Positions 1 through 9,821 of a stretch of 40,934 nucleotides of DNA are shown piece by piece. Below the pieces are notes generated by a model that saw nothing but the letters and a program-made list of their open reading frames with translations, was not told where the DNA came from and made no database searches. Position numbers and translations under genes: made by a program. Within the stretch, counting starts at the first letter, position 1. Every line of letters begins with the position of its first letter. This stretch comes from Candidatus Firestoneibacteriota bacterium (GTDB lineage: Bacteria > Oederibacteriota > D2-FULL-39-29 > JBBTED01): assembly GCA_038042445.1 (NCBI GenBank), contig JBBTED010000001.1, forward strand, positions 1-40,934, given 5' to 3'.

Positions 1-57
1 TATAAATACACTGCCTAACACCAAACACAACTTTACCATAATTGTCACCCTCCTTAT

Positions 58-1569
58 TTATTCCCAATATTTTCCCTCTTTTAACCATGCTAAAATTTTC
101 TGAGCATGTTTTTTTCTACCTGTTTTATTTAAACGGTTGGCATATTTTTGAGCATCATACCTTGTGCAAAAAGGGCCTCCTTCTTTTAAAACTGTATCCA
201 TTGGATCTATTTTTGTATCAGAAGAATCTACCATATCTTTATGCCATTGTTCAAGTAATTTCAAATATTTATTTACTAACTGGGGGTTTTTGCTTGCAAG
301 ATTATTTATTTCATGTGGGTCTTCTTTTATATTAAAAAGCATAATTTCTGGTAAATCTCTTAAAGCTTCATGGTATGTCTTTATCATTATCCAATCTTTA
401 GATATAACTGAACGTTGACAAGTCCATGCACAATTGCTTACTACTAAAAATTCTCGTCCTTCTGACTTATTCTTTAACAAAGATTTTGAAAAACTTTTCC
501 CATCCCACCGATTAGGAATTTTTATACCCGCTAATTCAAGAATAGTCGCTGCCACATCAAATTGATAATGAAGAGAAATATCTGTTTTATTGCTTCTTAA
601 ACCTGGCCATTTTAAAATAAAAGGAACTCTGTTAGTAATATAATCAGCAGCTGCGTGATCATACATATTCAATTCTCCAATATTTTCCCCATGGTCAGAA
701 GTTATAATTATTGCAGTATCTTCTAATACTTTATTTTCCTCAAGAATTTTTAGGATTTTCCCCAAATAAGTATCCGCATATCGTATTCCCTGATCATACA
801 ACTCTATCCATTTGTAGAAATCATCTAATGAATCAATAGAAAGAGGAATTTCAGGATAACTTTCTTTATACCATTTATCCTGCTCTTTATCACCAACTCC
901 CATTGTTTCTCTTGCACTATGCGGTCCAAAACTTTCTCTGTGTTTTTTTAATAATTCTTTTGTCAACCATTTTGTCTGCTGTGGTATCTCACCTAAATCA
1001 ACTCTTTCATCTTTAGTTGTTCTATAAGGTCCATGTGGATCCCAAACATTTATATGAAGAAACCAATTGTCTTTTTTTGCATTTTGTTCAAGCCAGGGCA
1101 TTGCATCCGCACATATTTCTTTTGCTGATTCTGTCTGTCCACGTTTTCCTGAATTGAACATTTGTCTAAATCCTGCATAAAACCACCAGGCTGCATGCCT
1201 TTCTGCAAAAGGACTAACAGAAACTGTATAAAAATTTGCTTTTTCTTTTAATGCTTCTACAAACGTCAAATGTTCTCTGTTATTATTATCTCCCCATCCC
1301 CAAACTTTATTAAATGCCCTTTTGGGTCCAATAATATATGGGTCAGCAGCTGTGCCACCATGATTTACAACTCCAGTATGAATTCCGAATTTTCCCGTAA
1401 ACATTGCAGATCTTGAAGGAAGACAAGGTGAATCAGAAACATAACAATTTTCAAACTTAACTCCTTCTTTTGCAATCCTGTCTATATTAGGTGAAGTATT
1501 TCTGCCATAACCATAACATCCAAGATGATCAGGCCTCAGTGTATCTATATCAAAATATATAATTCGCAT
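58..1569 (-). CDS. Formylglycine-dependent sulfatase (S1), Cys-type
   Basis: 503 aa. N-terminal DIDTLRPDHLGCYGY, signature CLPSR-SAMFTG, DPHGPY, TSDHGE, C-terminal DPHE. SD AAGGAGG upstream. Confidence 0.9.
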   Translation of the reverse strand: MRIIYFDIDTLRPDHLGCYGYGRNTSPNIDRIAKEGVKFENCYVSDSPCLPSRSAMFTGKFGIHTGVVNHGGTAADPYIIGPKRAFNKVWGWGDNNNREHLTFVEALKEKANFYTVSVSPFAERHAAWWFYAGFRQMFNSGKRGQTESAKEICADAMPWLEQNAKKDNWFLHINVWDPHGPYRTTKDERVDLGEIPQQTKWLTKELLKKHRESFGPHSARETMGVGDKEQDKWYKESYPEIPLSIDSLDDFYKWIELYDQGIRYADTYLGKILKILEENKVLEDTAIIITSDHGENIGELNMYDHAAADYITNRVPFILKWPGLRSNKTDISLHYQFDVAATILELAGIKIPNRWDGKSFSKSLLKNKSEGREFLVVSNCAWTCQRSVISKDWIMIKTYHEALRDLPEIMLFNIKEDPHEINNLASKNPQLVNKYLKLLEQWHKDMVDSSDTKIDPMDTVLKEGGPFCTRYDAQKYANRLNKTGRKKHAQKILAWLKEGKYWE

Positions 1570-1588
1570 TTTTTGTATCCTCCTTTTG

Positions 1589-3910
1589 TTATTTTTCTTT
1601 ACAAAAAATATATTTGTTTGTGGCTATTACTAAATTCTCTGAATTTACAAGTTTAAGCGATATTTGAAATCTATCTTTTATTTCTTCAGGTATAACCCAA
1701 CATAAATTAAAAACTTGTTTGGCACTATCTTCCTCTATTTTTTCTATTTTAATATGCTTTTCTTCCACAACTCTACCTTCACCATCAATAATTCTAATTT
1801 CTAATAAACAATTTTTAAATGTATCACAATAATCATTTACAATCCATGCTTCTGCTTCAAATTTTTCAGATTTTTCCCATTTCTTTTTTGTATATTTAAG
1901 ACATACTAAAAGAGGTGAATACGCATTTTTAACTGCATAATATGCTTTTTTGGGCTTTAAATACCAATCTACTATACTCCAGATTATTGAAGGCCATGGT
2001 TCATTAAAACACCAGAACATACACCCACTATTTTTATATTTTCTTCTCCTGTAATGCTCAATTGCAAATTTATATCCTTCTGCCTGTGAAAGCTGGCTAT
2101 ACTCTACAAATTCTTCTAAATCCTTAAATGCCTCTTGTAATTTAATTTCTTTGTCATAAATTCCGGTTTTGATGTAATATGCATAATATACAAGTTTTGA
2201 AATATCGGCAAGATGATATTCCCAGGTATAACCTGCAGGCCAAAGTTCTTCTTTTGGAATAAATTTCTTAATGTTTTCCACATCAGGAATTCCCTGAAAA
2301 GCAAATTCACTTACAAATAAAGATTCATCTTTTGTATATGCCTCAATAGGCGGAAAACCACCCCCTATCCAACCACCCAAATTACTATGCGAATCACCTT
2401 TATATTCAAATTTTGCACTATCACGAAGTTTATTTCCCCAAATATTCCAAGAATTGTCATAACAACCATCAATATCAGAAGGTGGAAGAAAATATCTGCT
2501 TGAGTCATATTTATGACAAATTCTTTCAAGTGTATCTACTAATTTTTTATTGGGTCCATATATATATTCATTCCCTGCACACCAAACCACTAAAGAAGGG
2601 TGGTTTTTAATGGTTTTAATTACTTGGCTACATTCCTCTTCAACTTCTTTAAGATATATTTTATCTTGGGGATAGTTTAAATTGCAAAAACTAAATTCCT
2701 GCCAAATTAAAATACCCAGTTCATCACAAAGATTATAAAATTCTTTTTTCTCAATAATATGCCAACCATGAACCCTTAGCATATTCATATTTGCTTCTTT
2801 AGCCATATTTAACAGCTTTTTGTATTTATCCTCTTTTAAATCCCCGGGTAGTAGGTTTATATTCGTCCAGTTTGCTCCCTTTATATATTCTTTTTTGCCA
2901 TTAATAGTAAAAACAAAAGGATAGCTATCTTTAGGAGAATCTGGATTTTTTATCATTCTAATTTCTCTTATGCCAAATATTCTTTCTACAGAATCCTGCT
3001 CTTCTTCTCCTTCAAAAATCTTTGCCTGCACTTGATACAAATTTTGCTCACCTTTATCCCATGGCCACCATAATTTGGGATTTTGAATTTCTACCTCTGT
3101 TTTTATAATATTCTTTCCTGATTTTACTCTGTTTTTAAATTTCTTTTTGTAGGATTGACAAGAAAAATTCTTTCCACTTATATCTATTTCAAAATCTACT
3201 GTTTTATCATTTTTACAGGTATTTATAATTTCCATTTCTAACTTAATTAGTGCTTTTTCTTTCTTTATTTCTGACTCAATAAAAATATCCTCAAAGTAAT
3301 TTTCTCCTGTGCAAACCAATTTAACATCTTTCCAGATACCCATAGTAAGCAATACTGGAGCATAATCTATTCCATAAGCCAAATTGCACTTTCTTCCTCC
3401 GATTTCTATTCTATTCTTTGGGGGTGGAGAAATACAAACAGATAAATTCATTTCAGATAAATTCATTTCAGTGGAATTTTTAACGATTTTAGTTATATCA
3501 AAAATTATAGGAGTATACATATTTGTATGCTTACCTAAATATTCACCCATTACCCAAAATTCTGCATCGTAATCTACACCTTCAAAAATCAATCGTATAA
3601 CTTTTCCTTCTTTTTCCCAGTCTTCTGGTATAGAAAAAACTTTTTTGTACCACCACTCACAATCTGATACCCACTTGCTCTTTTCATTATTTATCCCAAA
3701 ATATGGGTCAGGAATGATTTTTTTCTTTATCAAATCAAAATGAACATCTCCAGGAACATTAGCTTTTAGCCAACCATAACTCATTGACCCAGTATTACAT
3801 TTATCCATACCTACTTTTCCTTTTTTATCTTCTCCTGCTTTTTTGCCTTCTCCCGGCATAAAATAAGACAATGCCCAATCATTTCCACTTAATAGTATTT
3901 CTTCTTTCAT
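1589..3910 (-). CDS. Glycoside hydrolase family 2, beta-mannosidase-like
   Basis: 773 aa. VPGDVH..L..IPDPY, FEGVDY, PKLWWP, acid/base WCAGNE, nucleophile region FVSEF, WCFNEPWP. SD AAGGGGG. No signal peptide evident. Confidence 0.88.
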   Translation of the reverse strand: MKEEILLSGNDWALSYFMPGEGKKAGEDKKGKVGMDKCNTGSMSYGWLKANVPGDVHFDLIKKKIIPDPYFGINNEKSKWVSDCEWWYKKVFSIPEDWEKEGKVIRLIFEGVDYDAEFWVMGEYLGKHTNMYTPIIFDITKIVKNSTEMNLSEMNLSVCISPPPKNRIEIGGRKCNLAYGIDYAPVLLTMGIWKDVKLVCTGENYFEDIFIESEIKKEKALIKLEMEIINTCKNDKTVDFEIDISGKNFSCQSYKKKFKNRVKSGKNIIKTEVEIQNPKLWWPWDKGEQNLYQVQAKIFEGEEEQDSVERIFGIREIRMIKNPDSPKDSYPFVFTINGKKEYIKGANWTNINLLPGDLKEDKYKKLLNMAKEANMNMLRVHGWHIIEKKEFYNLCDELGILIWQEFSFCNLNYPQDKIYLKEVEEECSQVIKTIKNHPSLVVWCAGNEYIYGPNKKLVDTLERICHKYDSSRYFLPPSDIDGCYDNSWNIWGNKLRDSAKFEYKGDSHSNLGGWIGGGFPPIEAYTKDESLFVSEFAFQGIPDVENIKKFIPKEELWPAGYTWEYHLADISKLVYYAYYIKTGIYDKEIKLQEAFKDLEEFVEYSQLSQAEGYKFAIEHYRRRKYKNSGCMFWCFNEPWPSIIWSIVDWYLKPKKAYYAVKNAYSPLLVCLKYTKKKWEKSEKFEAEAWIVNDYCDTFKNCLLEIRIIDGEGRVVEEKHIKIEKIEEDSAKQVFNLCWVIPEEIKDRFQISLKLVNSENLVIATNKYIFCKEK
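3439..3471. repeat. 15-bp tandem duplication inside the GH2 gene (EMNLS-EMNLS)
   Basis: CAGATAAATTCATTT at 3439-3453 and 3454-3468, followed by CAG. In frame. Confidence 0.9.
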
Positions 3911-4012
3911 TCACAATCCCCCTTTTTCTTTAACTGCAAAGATAAATCCTCACTAAACACCGTTAAACAAAACTTGTCCATAGAAAGGATATTTAACAAT
4001 TATAGTAACAGA

Positions 4013-4045
4013 TTAGAGGTTGTCGGACAGCCTCTAACCTATTAC
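4013..4045. repeat. Left copy of a 27-bp inverted repeat (partner 14282-14308), overlapping a local hairpin
   Basis: 4019-4045 GTTGTCGGACAGCCTCTAACCTATTAC; its reverse complement matches 14282-14308 at 26/27. Local hairpin TTAGAGGTTGT-CGG-ACAGCCTCTAA at 4013-4037. Confidence 0.85.
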
Positions 4046-4051
4046 CTTATT

Positions 4052-5566
4052 TTAGTCTTTTTTAAACCATTTCTGCGACGCTTGCCAACTATTAAATATG
4101 AACTGTCTGTCATGCTGAGACTGTCGTGCGGAAATTGCAATCTGATGTGGATCAAACTGCGACAATAATTCTTTCTTCATCGCATGCATAATAGATTTAT
4201 TTCGTCCCTGGCATGATAACAAGTGTAATTCCTGAGGATCATCAGCCACGTTGTAAAGTCGCTCTTCGTAACCATCCACATAAATGTATTTATAATCTCC
4301 ATGGCGAACCATAAAACAGGGAGCGTGAACACCTTCGCCATGATATTCGCAAAATATCATCCGGTCCCCCATTGAATACACTGATGTCATTAGCGGAACA
4401 AGACTATTTCCCCTAACATCGTAACACGAAGTCTTAACCAATTCTGCAAACGTAGGAGTAATATCAAGTAGACTAACAAGTTCATCAGAACGTACACCTC
4501 TTCGCAACTGATGAGGTAAAACAAATATCAGCGGGACACGTACTGAACGTTCGTAAAAATATCGTTTCTGTACCATACCACGATGACATAACATATCGCC
4601 ATGGTCACTGGCAAATACAATTACGGTATTGTCACGTAAACCTTGCCTGTCAATGGCAGCTACCAGTTCTCCGATTAGACAATCTAAGTAATTCACCATT
4701 CCATAATACGTTTCGTATAACCATCTGATACTCTCCTTTTGCATAAGCTGATCGCGACAATCAATAACATGATGGAATTCGTTAAGCCAATCATCCATAA
4801 TGCCATGAGTAGAAATAGCATTCTCAGGGAATGGCAATTGTTTACCTCGAAAAGAAGACTTGTACTTTTCTGGAATCCAAAATGGATTATGCGGCGTATG
4901 GTAAGAAACACAGCAAAAAAATGGATCACTATTAGCATCCTTTTCAGAAAGGTATTCTAATGCCTTCTGGTGAATAGTCTGATCACGGTCATAGTGGCCG
5001 TTGACGGGATGATTATCCCACCTCGGAAGAGCCACATAGCTACCAGCCATGTAAATAGGACCATCTGGGTTTCTACCATTTCTCTCCCAATCGTATGCAA
5101 ATCTAAAAGCATTCGGATCATAACTCTGTGAATAATCCGTCTCAAGAGCCAATCTCTGATTGAATCCATGATACTGGTCATAACCGATAAAATGCATCTT
5201 TCCACAAATCACAGTCTCATAGTTAGCAAGTTGCAATACATTACCTATCGTTGGAATATCTCCGCGAAACTCATTGGCATTATCAAAAACATTGAGTTCA
5301 GAACAGTATCGCCCTGTAACCATAGAGGCTCTACTGGGAGCAGAAAGTGGCGAATTGCAATATGCACGATTAAATAGCACACCGGATTTTGCCAACTTAT
5401 CAATGTTAGGTGTTAAAGCACAAGAGTTTCCATAACATCCAAGATCATGAGGCGATAGCGAATCTGCCATTACGAACAAAATGTTCATTGAATCACTTTT
5501 TTTTTTGGAAATTTGTTTAGTCTTTAAAGCTTGCTTTTTAAAAATTTTTTGCATATTTTTCTCCAC
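4052..5566 (-). CDS. Choline-sulfatase-like S1 sulfatase with Ser at the formylglycine position
   Basis: NILFVMADSL, YCNSPLSAPSRASMVTG, GKMHFIG.DQ.HGF, SDHGDML, QKRYFYERSVRVPL, EYHGEG. True start may be the ATG at 5488 (MNILF). Confidence 0.85.
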   Translation of the reverse strand: MEKNMQKIFKKQALKTKQISKKKSDSMNILFVMADSLSPHDLGCYGNSCALTPNIDKLAKSGVLFNRAYCNSPLSAPSRASMVTGRYCSELNVFDNANEFRGDIPTIGNVLQLANYETVICGKMHFIGYDQYHGFNQRLALETDYSQSYDPNAFRFAYDWERNGRNPDGPIYMAGSYVALPRWDNHPVNGHYDRDQTIHQKALEYLSEKDANSDPFFCCVSYHTPHNPFWIPEKYKSSFRGKQLPFPENAISTHGIMDDWLNEFHHVIDCRDQLMQKESIRWLYETYYGMVNYLDCLIGELVAAIDRQGLRDNTVIVFASDHGDMLCHRGMVQKRYFYERSVRVPLIFVLPHQLRRGVRSDELVSLLDITPTFAELVKTSCYDVRGNSLVPLMTSVYSMGDRMIFCEYHGEGVHAPCFMVRHGDYKYIYVDGYEERLYNVADDPQELHLLSCQGRNKSIMHAMKKELLSQFDPHQIAISARQSQHDRQFIFNSWQASQKWFKKD

Positions 5567-5590
5567 TTCTTACATATATCTTAAGTGTTT

Positions 5591-6511
5591 TTAATCTCTA
5601 TTTAAATCTGTTATCAAATAAACCGAGTTTTCTATATTATAATATTTTCTAATTAACTCTTCTAATTTCAATGATAGCTTTTTCTGTGCATTATCAATAT
5701 CCCCTGGCTTTTCTTTTAAAGCAACTTCATATACTTGCCGCACTTCAGTGCTTACATTAACCTTTGCAATACCATTTTTTATTCCTTCTAAGACATAATT
5801 CCTATCTACACCGGACCCACCGTGAAGAACAATAGGAATATTAGTAACTTTTTTTATTTTTTTGAGATGTTCAATATTTAATCTCGCTTTTACTTTTGTC
5901 TGATGCTTCGCTATACCGGTAATGGCACCATGTATATTACCTATGGCTACTGATAACCAATCAACTTTTGTTTGCGAAACAAATTGTTCTGCTTCTTCTA
6001 TAGAAGTAAAACCTTTTCCTGTTGAAAAAAGCTCTTCATAAGGTAAAATAGTCACAGTTTCATGTCCCAGCACTGCTCCTAATTCTGCTTCAACAGGTAT
6101 GTTTTTTTCACTCGCCATATTAACAACTTCTTTTGTCACATTTATATTTTCTTCAAAAGAAAGCCGCGAACCATCAATCATTACTGAATCATAGCCAAGT
6201 TCTATTCCATTTTTTATCAATTCTCTCCATAAAACTTTCTTACCATCTTCATCTATAACAGGTATATGGTCAAGATGCAATCTGACAAAATTCTTATCAG
6301 CATATTTCTTATAATATTCTACAACATCTGCAAAACTTTTAGCTTCAAACTTCATAACCTCTGGTCTTGACACTTCAATGAGACCGAATGTCTTTAAATT
6401 CTTAAGTGTAGAAGCTATTGGCTCAACCATAGGAAGATATGAAATATTAAATGCAGGAATAACTATACCTTTATTATAAGCATTTTTCATAATACTCTTA
6501 ATATTTAACAT
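5591..6511 (-). CDS. Class II (metal-dependent) ketose-bisphosphate aldolase
   Basis: PAFN, HLDH, SVMIDGS, EAELG, GNIHG, VLHGGSG. Start placed at ATG 6511 after SD GAAAGGAG (ORF track starts at 6538). Confidence 0.9.
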   Translation of the reverse strand: MLNIKSIMKNAYNKGIVIPAFNISYLPMVEPIASTLKNLKTFGLIEVSRPEVMKFEAKSFADVVEYYKKYADKNFVRLHLDHIPVIDEDGKKVLWRELIKNGIELGYDSVMIDGSRLSFEENINVTKEVVNMASEKNIPVEAELGAVLGHETVTILPYEELFSTGKGFTSIEEAEQFVSQTKVDWLSVAIGNIHGAITGIAKHQTKVKARLNIEHLKKIKKVTNIPIVLHGGSGVDRNYVLEGIKNGIAKVNVSTEVRQVYEVALKEKPGDIDNAQKKLSLKLEELIRKYYNIENSVYLITDLNRD

Positions 6512-6544
6512 ATTTCTCCTTTCTTTTTCAAAAAACAATTTATT

Positions 6545-7264
6545 TCATAATTCGTTTGCAAACCGACGCATAACCACTTCATCGATAACTACGCGAGTAG
6601 GCTGTGTTACTAAAAATATTACTGTATCTGCCACATCCTCTGGTTGCATTAAATCAGAAAAAGGTATATCTGGTCTCATTTTTCTTATGAATTCTGTATT
6701 TACACCACCAGGACAAATAACATTCACCCTAATACCAAAAGGTCTGGATTCAATAGCTAAAACTTTTGAAAAACCTATAATCCCGGATTTTGAGGCACAA
6801 TATGCTGCTTGATTAATATAACCTTTCTTTCCAGCCATAGAAGAAATATTAATGATTGTTCCTTTTATCTTTTGTTTGACCATAATTGACATCACATCTT
6901 TTGAACAAAGAAATATTCCTCTGAGATTTATTCCCATTACCCTATCCCAATCTTCCACCTTAGTCTCCATAATAGGACTTGACAATGACACTCCAGCATT
7001 GTTCACCAAGATATCTATCTTACCAAATTCTCTTATAACTGTTCTAACCATATCTTTTGCTTGCTCCTCAATAGAAACATCTGCTATTATTACTTTAGAC
7101 CGACCACCTAAATCAGAGATTTCCTTTACTACCTGATTCACATCTTTTTCCGTTCGGGACACTACTGCTACCTGGCTTCCTTCTTTAGCCAAAGCAAGAG
7201 CAATAGACCTTCCTATCCCTTTTCCTGCACCGGTAACTATAGATACTTTATCTTTTAATCTCAT
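6545..7264 (-). CDS. Short-chain dehydrogenase/reductase (SDR)
   Basis: TGAGKGIG, NNAG, ISS, YCASK, PGGVNT. ATGA overlap with the upstream kinase. Confidence 0.93.
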   Translation of the reverse strand: MRLKDKVSIVTGAGKGIGRSIALALAKEGSQVAVVSRTEKDVNQVVKEISDLGGRSKVIIADVSIEEQAKDMVRTVIREFGKIDILVNNAGVSLSSPIMETKVEDWDRVMGINLRGIFLCSKDVMSIMVKQKIKGTIINISSMAGKKGYINQAAYCASKSGIIGFSKVLAIESRPFGIRVNVICPGGVNTEFIRKMRPDIPFSDLMQPEDVADTVIFLVTQPTRVVIDEVVMRRFANEL

Positions 7265-8751
7265 TTTTCTTTCTTAACGTGTGCCAAGTCATCTAACTGG
7301 CAGAAAACCTCACGCATCTCTTTTAACAATTTCTTGTAAATTACATAATATTTCTGATAACGTTTAGAAAAATTAAGCCGAGGCTTAATTTTTCTATTTA
7401 TACGAACCATACTCTTAACCGCTCTATTTACATCAGGAAAAAGTTTTATCCCGACAGCAGATAATATCGCATTTCCCAAAAGACTTCCTTCTATTATTTC
7501 CGGAACCAAAATAACTAATCCAGTAATATCTGCATTTATCTGAAGCCATACAGGATTATTCGCCACACCACCTGTAATTCGTATCTCAGAAATCCCTACA
7601 CCAAAATCCCTGATAGCATCAATATTCTCAAGCATACTGTATCCACAACCTTCCATTACCGCTTTTATCAATCTTTCTTTTGTGCTGGCAATTGAAATAC
7701 CTGCTATTACTCCTTTAGCATACTGGTCATAAATAGGATGCACCTGCCCACCAATATATGGCAAAAAAATCATTCCAGATGGTTCTTCATCTACTGATGG
7801 AATTTCTCCATTACATAACAAAGAATAACTTGCCCATTTCATAACATAGCCCGTATCTACTATCTGGGCATTTAATAAAAAAAAACCTGGTATCACATGA
7901 GGAAATACTAAAAAATTACTATGGCAAAGATTGTCTCTTATGCATACTCCAACATTACTACCTGTTCCCATTTCAGCATAAACCTGTCCCGGACTAACCA
8001 CACCAGCACCTAAAGCTCCAGAACTAGTATCCTCTCCTCCTCCCACTACAGGTGTTTTAACTGCCAACCCAGTCTCTAAACTTGCTTTATCACTAATTGT
8101 CCCAATTATCTGATGAGACTCAACAATATCTGGATATAATTTCCTAGAGATATTTAAAGATGCACATATATCCTCTGACCAGTTTCGTCTCACTGGATCA
8201 TATGCAAGGTAAAGTCCACCATCCGAATAATTAACAGTAAGATTGTTAGTCAATTTAAAATTTACATATCCTGTAGGGCTAATAAACTTATACGTTTTAT
8301 TGTATATTTCTTTTTCGTGCTTACGAATCCATAAAATTTTAGGTTCCAGCCGTAAAGGTATGATTTGATATTTGTTAATTCTATTTATAGCTTCACCAGC
8401 ATATTTACTGATTTCTCTACATTCTTCCTGAGCACGTTTATCCATCCAGATAATTGCTGGTCTTAAATATTTCCCTTTCTCATCAATCGGCAATGCCGCA
8501 GACCCGTGGCCACCTACTCCTACCGCTTTAATGCACTCTGGAGATACCCCACTTTTTGCAATCAATTCTCTTATTACCTTTTTAACTGTATTCCACCATT
8601 CATTTGGATTTTGCTCTACCCATCCATCCCGAAGATAAGAGGTAGAATACTCCTGACGTGACTGGGCAACAGGCTGCCCTTGCACATCTACAAGAAGCCC
8701 CTTAACACTGGTTGTCCCAATATCTATCCCTAATAGAAGCTCCCTAATCAT
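7261..8751 (-). CDS. FGGY-family carbohydrate kinase (xylulokinase-like)
   Basis: GIDIGTTSVK, EQNP.EWW, AIIWMDKR, GGGEDT, MGTGS, FLPY, AVMEG, GGVA.N.VWLQI.AD. Confidence 0.92.
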   Translation of the reverse strand: MIRELLLGIDIGTTSVKGLLVDVQGQPVAQSRQEYSTSYLRDGWVEQNPNEWWNTVKKVIRELIAKSGVSPECIKAVGVGGHGSAALPIDEKGKYLRPAIIWMDKRAQEECREISKYAGEAINRINKYQIIPLRLEPKILWIRKHEKEIYNKTYKFISPTGYVNFKLTNNLTVNYSDGGLYLAYDPVRRNWSEDICASLNISRKLYPDIVESHQIIGTISDKASLETGLAVKTPVVGGGEDTSSGALGAGVVSPGQVYAEMGTGSNVGVCIRDNLCHSNFLVFPHVIPGFFLLNAQIVDTGYVMKWASYSLLCNGEIPSVDEEPSGMIFLPYIGGQVHPIYDQYAKGVIAGISIASTKERLIKAVMEGCGYSMLENIDAIRDFGVGISEIRITGGVANNPVWLQINADITGLVILVPEIIEGSLLGNAILSAVGIKLFPDVNRAVKSMVRINRKIKPRLNFSKRYQKYYVIYKKLLKEMREVFCQLDDLAHVKKEK

Positions 8752-8752
8752 A

Positions 8753-9814
8753 TTATTCCCCTATCGCTACTAAGTTTTTCGGTATTTCTTTTTTATACCA
8801 CCTTCTGATATCTTCCAACAGGATTTTTATTGAGTTGTAATATGTATCCTGTGTTCCCCCGGCCAAATGTGAGGTAAGTGTTACATTATCCAGTTCTAAA
8901 AATGGATTGTCATAAGTCAATGGTTCCTGAACAAAAACATCTAGTCCTGCACCGGCTATCATCTTTTTCTTCAAAGCTTGATACAAAGCATTTTGATCAA
9001 CAATTTCTGCCCTAGCAGTATTGATAAAATAACAGCTCCGTTTCATTATACTAAATTCTTTATGACTGAGTAAATTTTTGGTCTTTTCTGAAAGATTAAC
9101 ATGAACTGAGATAAAATCTGAATTAGCCAGAAGATAGTCCATTTCTACACGTTTAACTCCAAATTCTTGAAAAACATCTTCTGATACAAAAAGGTCAGTA
9201 GCTATAATTTTTACATCAAATCCTTTAAGCTTTTTTGCTACCATCTGCCCAACATAGCCAAAACCGATAAGTCCTATTACCTTATCAGATAGATTGAAAC
9301 AATATTTTCTATTTGAAAAATCTTTTTGCCAGACACCTTTTTTAATCGAAGCATATGCTCTGGCAATATTTCTACACTCAGCCAACATTAAACCTATAGT
9401 AAATTCTGCCACTGCATCTGCTGTTCTCCCTTTGGTATGTATTACAGTGATTTTTTTCTTTTTTGCTACTGATAAATCAATGTTAGATGTGTTTGTTCTA
9501 AGACAACCGATCACTTTCAACTGATGAGCCATATTCAAAAGTGATGCTGGTACTGGACAAAAATCTACTATCAGAATTTCTGCATCACTTATCTCAAATA
9601 ATATATCTTTAGAAAATTCTTCCGCTTCTGGACCATTTTGCTCAATGTTTCTACCTCTTCGGTCAAGATCTTCCTGGTCAAGAGTTTTCCAATCAAAACA
9701 TATAATTTGATAACCGTAATCTTCAAATTCTTTGAAACCTTCTATTATCAATCTCGCTGGAATAGAAAGATCTCCTACCACAAGAATCTTTTTCATTTTT
9801 ATTATGGGTTGCAT
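8753..9814 (-). CDS. D-isomer-specific 2-hydroxyacid dehydrogenase
   Basis: AVAEFTIGL, GLIGFGYVG, INTAR, GLDVF.QEPL, TSHLAG. Confidence 0.92.
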   Translation of the reverse strand: MQPIIKMKKILVVGDLSIPARLIIEGFKEFEDYGYQIICFDWKTLDQEDLDRRGRNIEQNGPEAEEFSKDILFEISDAEILIVDFCPVPASLLNMAHQLKVIGCLRTNTSNIDLSVAKKKKITVIHTKGRTADAVAEFTIGLMLAECRNIARAYASIKKGVWQKDFSNRKYCFNLSDKVIGLIGFGYVGQMVAKKLKGFDVKIIATDLFVSEDVFQEFGVKRVEMDYLLANSDFISVHVNLSEKTKNLLSHKEFSIMKRSCYFINTARAEIVDQNALYQALKKKMIAGAGLDVFVQEPLTYDNPFLELDNVTLTSHLAGGTQDTYYNSIKILLEDIRRWYKKEIPKNLVAIGE

Positions 9815-9821
9815 ATGATTT

